From Alphaproteobacteria bacterium (GTDB lineage: Bacteria; Pseudomonadota; Alphaproteobacteria; Bin95): a stretch of 64,000 bases of DNA. This document shows, piece by piece, positions 60,876-64,000 of the stretch. The notes below the pieces were generated by a model. It had not been told where the DNA came from and searched no databases. It saw only the letters and a program-made list of their open reading frames with translations. A program made the position numbers and the translations under genes. Within the stretch, counting starts at the first letter, position 1. Each line of letters starts with the position of its first letter. Location of the stretch: positions 18,741-82,740 of the forward strand of contig JAJEIH010000150.1 in NCBI GenBank assembly GCA_022827685.1, given 5' to 3'.

Positions 60876-61004
60876 GTCACCCCGGCCTCCGAGCCGGGGT
60901 CCATCCATGATTTCCGATACTGCCGCAGTCGGCAGAGGGCGGGCCGAACCGTCGAAGCCGCCGCGAGAACCGAGGCTGGACCCCGGCTCGGGGGCCGGGG
61001 TGAC
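60876..61004. repeat. MITE/REP-like nested-palindrome repeat, copy D (129 bp, inverted relative to copy A)
   Basis: Arms GTCACCCCGGCCTCCGAGCCGGGGTCCAT (60876-60904) and TGGACCCCGGCTCGGGGGCCGGGGTGAC (60977-61004). The reverse complement of its interior aligns with the copy A interior (CGGTTCTCGCGGC...TGCGGCAG). Confidence 0.85.
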
Positions 61005-61047
61005 GAAGGAGTCTGTCCTGAGCTTGCCGAAAGGAGGCGCGGCGGAC

Positions 61048-61105
61048 CATGACGAAACATGACATTTCCGGCAGGGCGCATGACAAAACATGACAATTCA
61101 TGACA
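61048..61105 (+). promoter_or_regulatory. five phased CATGAC(A/G) heptamers upstream of yqaA-dsbB-coq7
   Basis: Copies start at 61048, 61058, 61079, 61089 and 61099 (spacings 10, 21, 10, 10 bp). On the minus strand the unit reads TTGTCATGWW. Confidence 0.5.
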
Positions 61106-61185
61106 CTCGCGGCATGTCCCGGCGGCCGGCTGTGACAGGGGCCGCATTGCCCGTCCGGTCCCGCGCGGCTATGTGGGCGGGCATC

Positions 61186-61764
61186 ATGCTGCGCCGCCTC
61201 TATGACGGAACCATGCGCCTTGCCGGCCATCCGCACGCCGTGTGGATGCTGGCGGCCGTCGCCTTCGCGGAAAGCCTGTTTTTCCCCATACCGGTGGAAG
61301 TGCTGCTGCTGCCGATGGTGCTGGCGGCGCCGGAGCGCGCTTGGCGCTACGCGGCCATCGCCACGGCCGGCTCCGTCGCGGGCGGGCTGGCCGGCTACGC
61401 GACGGGCGCCTTCCTGTTCGAGACCGTGGGCGAACCGCTGCTCCGCTTCTACGGCCATGGCGAGGCGTTCGCCGAGGCGCAGGCGCTCTACAACGAGCAT
61501 GGCGGGCTGATCGTCTTCACCGCCGCCTTCTCGCCCATCCCCTACAAGGTCTTCACCATCGCAAGCGGCGTCGCCGGCACCGACCTCGCCACCTTCGCGC
61601 TGGCCTCGGCATTGGGCCGGGGCCTGCGCTTCTTCATCGTCGCCGCGCTGCTCTGGCGCTTCGGCGCGCCCGTCCGCGCGTTCGTCGAGCGCCGGCTCGG
61701 TCCGTTGACCCTCGCCTTCACCGTGCTGCTCGTGGCAGGCTTCCTGGTGTTGAGGGTGCTGTGA
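61186..61764 (+). CDS. yqaA: YqaA family (DedA superfamily) membrane protein
   Basis: MLRRLYDGTMRLAGHPHAVWMLAAVAFAESLFFPIP matches the YqaA N-terminal pattern. An alternative ATG lies at 61171. Confidence 0.85.
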   Translation: MLRRLYDGTMRLAGHPHAVWMLAAVAFAESLFFPIPVEVLLLPMVLAAPERAWRYAAIATAGSVAGGLAGYATGAFLFETVGEPLLRFYGHGEAFAEAQALYNEHGGLIVFTAAFSPIPYKVFTIASGVAGTDLATFALASALGRGLRFFIVAALLWRFGAPVRAFVERRLGPLTLAFTVLLVAGFLVLRVL

Positions 61765-62255
61765 TGCGGTTCCTGCTCCATCCGGCGGCCATTGCGGCCG
61801 GCAGCCTGGCGGCGCTCGCCGCGGCCTTCGCCTTCCAGCATCTGGGCGGGCTGGAGCCGTGCCCGCTCTGCATCTGGCAGCGCTGGCCGCATGTCGTGAC
61901 TGTTCTGCTCGCCCTGCTCGCTCTCGGCGTCCGGGGGCCGGCGGCGGCGCTGGCGGTGGGGCTTGCGGGCGCGGCTGCGCTTGCGGGCGCAGGCCTTGCG
62001 GGCTTTCATGCCGGCGTCGAGCAGCACTGGTGGGCGGGCCTCGCCGCCTGCGAGGGCGGCCCGCCGGCGAAGACGGTGGCGGAATTGCGCGAACGCCTGC
62101 TGAACGCCGCGCCCGCGCGCTGCGACGAGGTCGCGTGGTCGTTCCTCGGCCTCTCCATGGCGGCCTGGAACGGGCTGCTCTCGCTGGCGCTGGCGGGGAT
62201 GGCGGCCGGCGCGGCGCGGCGCATGATCCGGGCCGGCAGGAGCGAAGCGGCATGA
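61764..62255 (+). CDS. dsbB: disulfide bond formation protein B-like
   Basis: CPLCIWQRWPH (CxxC in TM1), a second Cys pair (C..C in AACEGG...ARCDE), 4 TM. The ATG shares 1 nt with the yqaA stop. Confidence 0.8.
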   Translation: MRFLLHPAAIAAGSLAALAAAFAFQHLGGLEPCPLCIWQRWPHVVTVLLALLALGVRGPAAALAVGLAGAAALAGAGLAGFHAGVEQHWWAGLAACEGGPPAKTVAELRERLLNAAPARCDEVAWSFLGLSMAAWNGLLSLALAGMAAGAARRMIRAGRSEAA

Positions 62256-62788
62256 AGCGCCTTCCCGGAGACCCGACGCGGAAGGAGCGCATTGAGGCGA
62301 TGATCCGCGTCAACCATGCGGGCGAATACGGTGCGCGGCGCATCTATGAGGGCCAGCTTGCCGTGCTCGGGCGCGGGCCGGCGGGGCCGGCGCTCCGGCG
62401 CATGGCGCGGCAGGAGGCGCGGCATCTGGCCTATTTCGAGGCCGAGCTCGCCGCCCGGCGGGTGCGCCCGACCGCCCTGCAGCCGCTGTGGCATCTTGCC
62501 GGCTTCGCGCTGGGCGCCGCCACGGCCGCGCTCGGCGAGCGGGCGGCCATGGCCTGCACCGTCGCGGTCGAGGAGGCCATAGACGAGCATTATGCGGGCC
62601 AGCTTGAAGAGCTGAAGGGCGGGGAGCCGGACCTGGCCGCGGCCATCGGGGAGTTCCGGGCCGAAGAGCTGGAGCACCGCGACACGGCCCTCGACGCCGG
62701 GGCGGAACAGGCGCCCGCCTACGGCCTGCTCTACCGTGCCGTAAACACCGCCTCGAAACTCGCCATCGCGCTCTCGACGCGCATATGA
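62252..62788 (+). CDS. coq7: demethoxyubiquinone hydroxylase family protein
   Basis: Di-iron carboxylate motifs ([22 protein letters not shown]). ATGA overlap with the dsbB stop. Confidence 0.9.
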   Translation: MKRLPGDPTRKERIEAMIRVNHAGEYGARRIYEGQLAVLGRGPAGPALRRMARQEARHLAYFEAELAARRVRPTALQPLWHLAGFALGAATAALGERAAMACTVAVEEAIDEHYAGQLEELKGGEPDLAAAIGEFRAEELEHRDTALDAGAEQAPAYGLLYRAVNTASKLAIALSTRI

Positions 62789-62858
62789 ACCGGCATTTAC
62801 AGCCCCGGGGCGCGCTGATAGGTTCCGCGCCGTCCGGGGGAGAGGGGCGGCGGGACGA

Positions 62859-63791
62859 ATGAAGGTTATTGCAGGCAACAGCAATCGACCGCTCGCCCAG
62901 GCGATCGCCGACTATCTGGAAGTGCCGCTGACCGCGGCCAGCATCCGGAGTTTCTCCGACAAGGAAGTCTTCGTGGAGATCGAGGAGAACGTCCGCGGCG
63001 AGGACGTGTTCCTGGTCCAGTCCACCTCCTTCCCGGCCAATGACACGCTGATGGAATTGCTGGTGGCCATCGATGCGCTGAAACGGGCCTCGGCGCGCCG
63101 GATCACCGCCGTCATCCCCTATTTCGGCTATGCCCGGCAGGACCGCAAGACAGGCTCGCGCACGCCGATCTCGGCCAAGCTGGTCGCCAATCTCATCACC
63201 ACGGCGGGCGCCCACCGGGTGCTGACGATGGACCTTCATGCCGGCCAGATCCAGGGCTTCTTCGACATTCCGACCGACAACCTGTTCGCCGCGCCCGTGT
63301 TCGCCGCCGACCTGAAGCAGACATTCAACGATGAGGCGCTGGTTGTCGTTTCGCCCGATGTCGGCGGCGTCGTGCGCGCCCGCGCGCTCGCGCGGCGCCT
63401 TGACAGCGAGCTTGCAATCATCGACAAGCGCCGCCCGCGCGCCGGCGTTTCCGAGGTGATGAACATTATCGGCGAGGTCGGCGGGCGGCGCTGCGTCATA
63501 TTCGATGACATCGTGGACAGCGCCGGCACCCTGTGCAACGCCGCGGTAGCGTTGATGGAGGAGGGGGCGAGCGGCGTCTCGGCCTATGTCTCGCACGGCG
63601 TGCTGTCGGGCGGGGCGGTGGACCGGGTCACGGCGTCGCCGATAGACATGCTGGTGACGACGGACAGCATCGAGGCGACGCAGGCGATGCGGGATGCGGA
63701 GAATATCCGGCAGATTGCCATCGGGCCGCTGCTGGGCGAGGCGGTGTTGCGGATTACCCAGAGCCGGTCGGTTTCGAGCCTGTTCAACTAG
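62859..63791 (+). CDS. prs: ribose-phosphate pyrophosphokinase
   Basis: [33 protein letters not shown] and DDIVDSAGT motifs. Confidence 0.97.
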   Translation: MKVIAGNSNRPLAQAIADYLEVPLTAASIRSFSDKEVFVEIEENVRGEDVFLVQSTSFPANDTLMELLVAIDALKRASARRITAVIPYFGYARQDRKTGSRTPISAKLVANLITTAGAHRVLTMDLHAGQIQGFFDIPTDNLFAAPVFAADLKQTFNDEALVVVSPDVGGVVRARALARRLDSELAIIDKRRPRAGVSEVMNIIGEVGGRRCVIFDDIVDSAGTLCNAAVALMEEGASGVSAYVSHGVLSGGAVDRVTASPIDMLVTTDSIEATQAMRDAENIRQIAIGPLLGEAVLRITQSRSVSSLFN

Positions 63792-63824
63792 GCCGGCCGG
63801 CAGAAGGAAGAAGAACGGAAGATC

Positions 63825-64000
63825 ATGAGCGAAAACGCCATTCTCGCCGCGTTGCCGCGGCAGGGCGCCGGCACGGGGCCGGCGCGGGCGCTGCGCCGCG
63901 AAGGCCGGGTGCCGGCCATCGTCTATGGCGGCAGCAAGGAGCCGGAGAAGGTATCCGTGGAGGATCGCCGGCTGCGCTGGCTGATGGGCCGCGGCGGCTT
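63825..64000 (+). CDS. rplY: 50S ribosomal protein L25 / general stress protein Ctc, N-terminal part (runs off window end)
   Basis: ARALRREGRVPAIVYGG motif. Canonical position after prs. Confidence 0.88.
   Translation, partial: MSENAILAALPRQGAGTGPARALRREGRVPAIVYGGSKEPEKVSVEDRRLRWLMGRGG

Noticed and set aside
60765-61052. 95-aa ORF with an excellent SD (GGAGGA-N5-ATG)
   Set aside because: It reads straight through repeat copy D, is Arg/Gly/Pro-rich, and its third-position GC (about two thirds by hand count) is lower than in the real genes here. It is kept only as part of the leader observation.
61048-61105. CRISPR-like or iteron array
   Set aside because: The units are only 7 bp with 3-bp spacers, there are no unique spacers, and no cas or rep genes are nearby. 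I interpret it as regulatory direct repeats instead.

Overview
Very GC-rich chromosomal segment (typical 60-nt lines hand-count to about 70-78% GC), densely packed, with alphaproteobacterial gene content and order. About 75 protein genes can be supported. Most are core housekeeping: dapD-dapE, recA, argB-engB-yidC-yidD-rnpA-rpmH, glmM-folP-ftsH-tilS, the full Tol-Pal cluster (ybgC-tolQ-tolR-tolA-tolB-pal-cpoB), ruvC-ruvA-ruvB, yebC, zapA, tkt-gap, yqaA-dsbB-coq7, prs and rplY. There are also several transporters (Liv-type ABC, peptide-type ABC, TRAP, MATE, three EamA/DMT) and a catabolic-looking cluster (SDR, nitroreductase, alpha/beta hydrolase, TauD, cyclase, DUF1223). Many neighbouring genes are joined by 4-nt ATGA or 1-nt overlaps. 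Several features are absent from the ORF track: rpmH (GTG start, 44 aa); a candidate 6S RNA in the zapA / 5-formyl-THF cyclo-ligase gap; an intact ~851-bp IS5-family (IS427-like) element with a -1 frameshift site, inserted exactly at the glmM stop codon; an IS630 N-terminal remnant; and a four-copy family of MITE/REP-like nested-palindrome repeats. The most unusual stretch is 57.7-61.2 kb. It starts with a low-GC two-gene island (a tail-anchored coiled-coil mini-protein plus a secreted peptidoglycan-binding protein with an unassigned Cys-rich domain). After a TauD paralogue comes an ~860-bp gene-free region holding a 26-bp AT-rich palindrome, a promoter-like element with a GC-rich structured leader, a repeat copy, and five CATGAC(A/G) heptamers phased at 10 bp. 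I saw no CRISPR array, rRNA or tRNA gene, or recognisable defence system. Nothing here can be called a new system without database searches and experiments. All calls rest on reading the translations and the DNA by eye.
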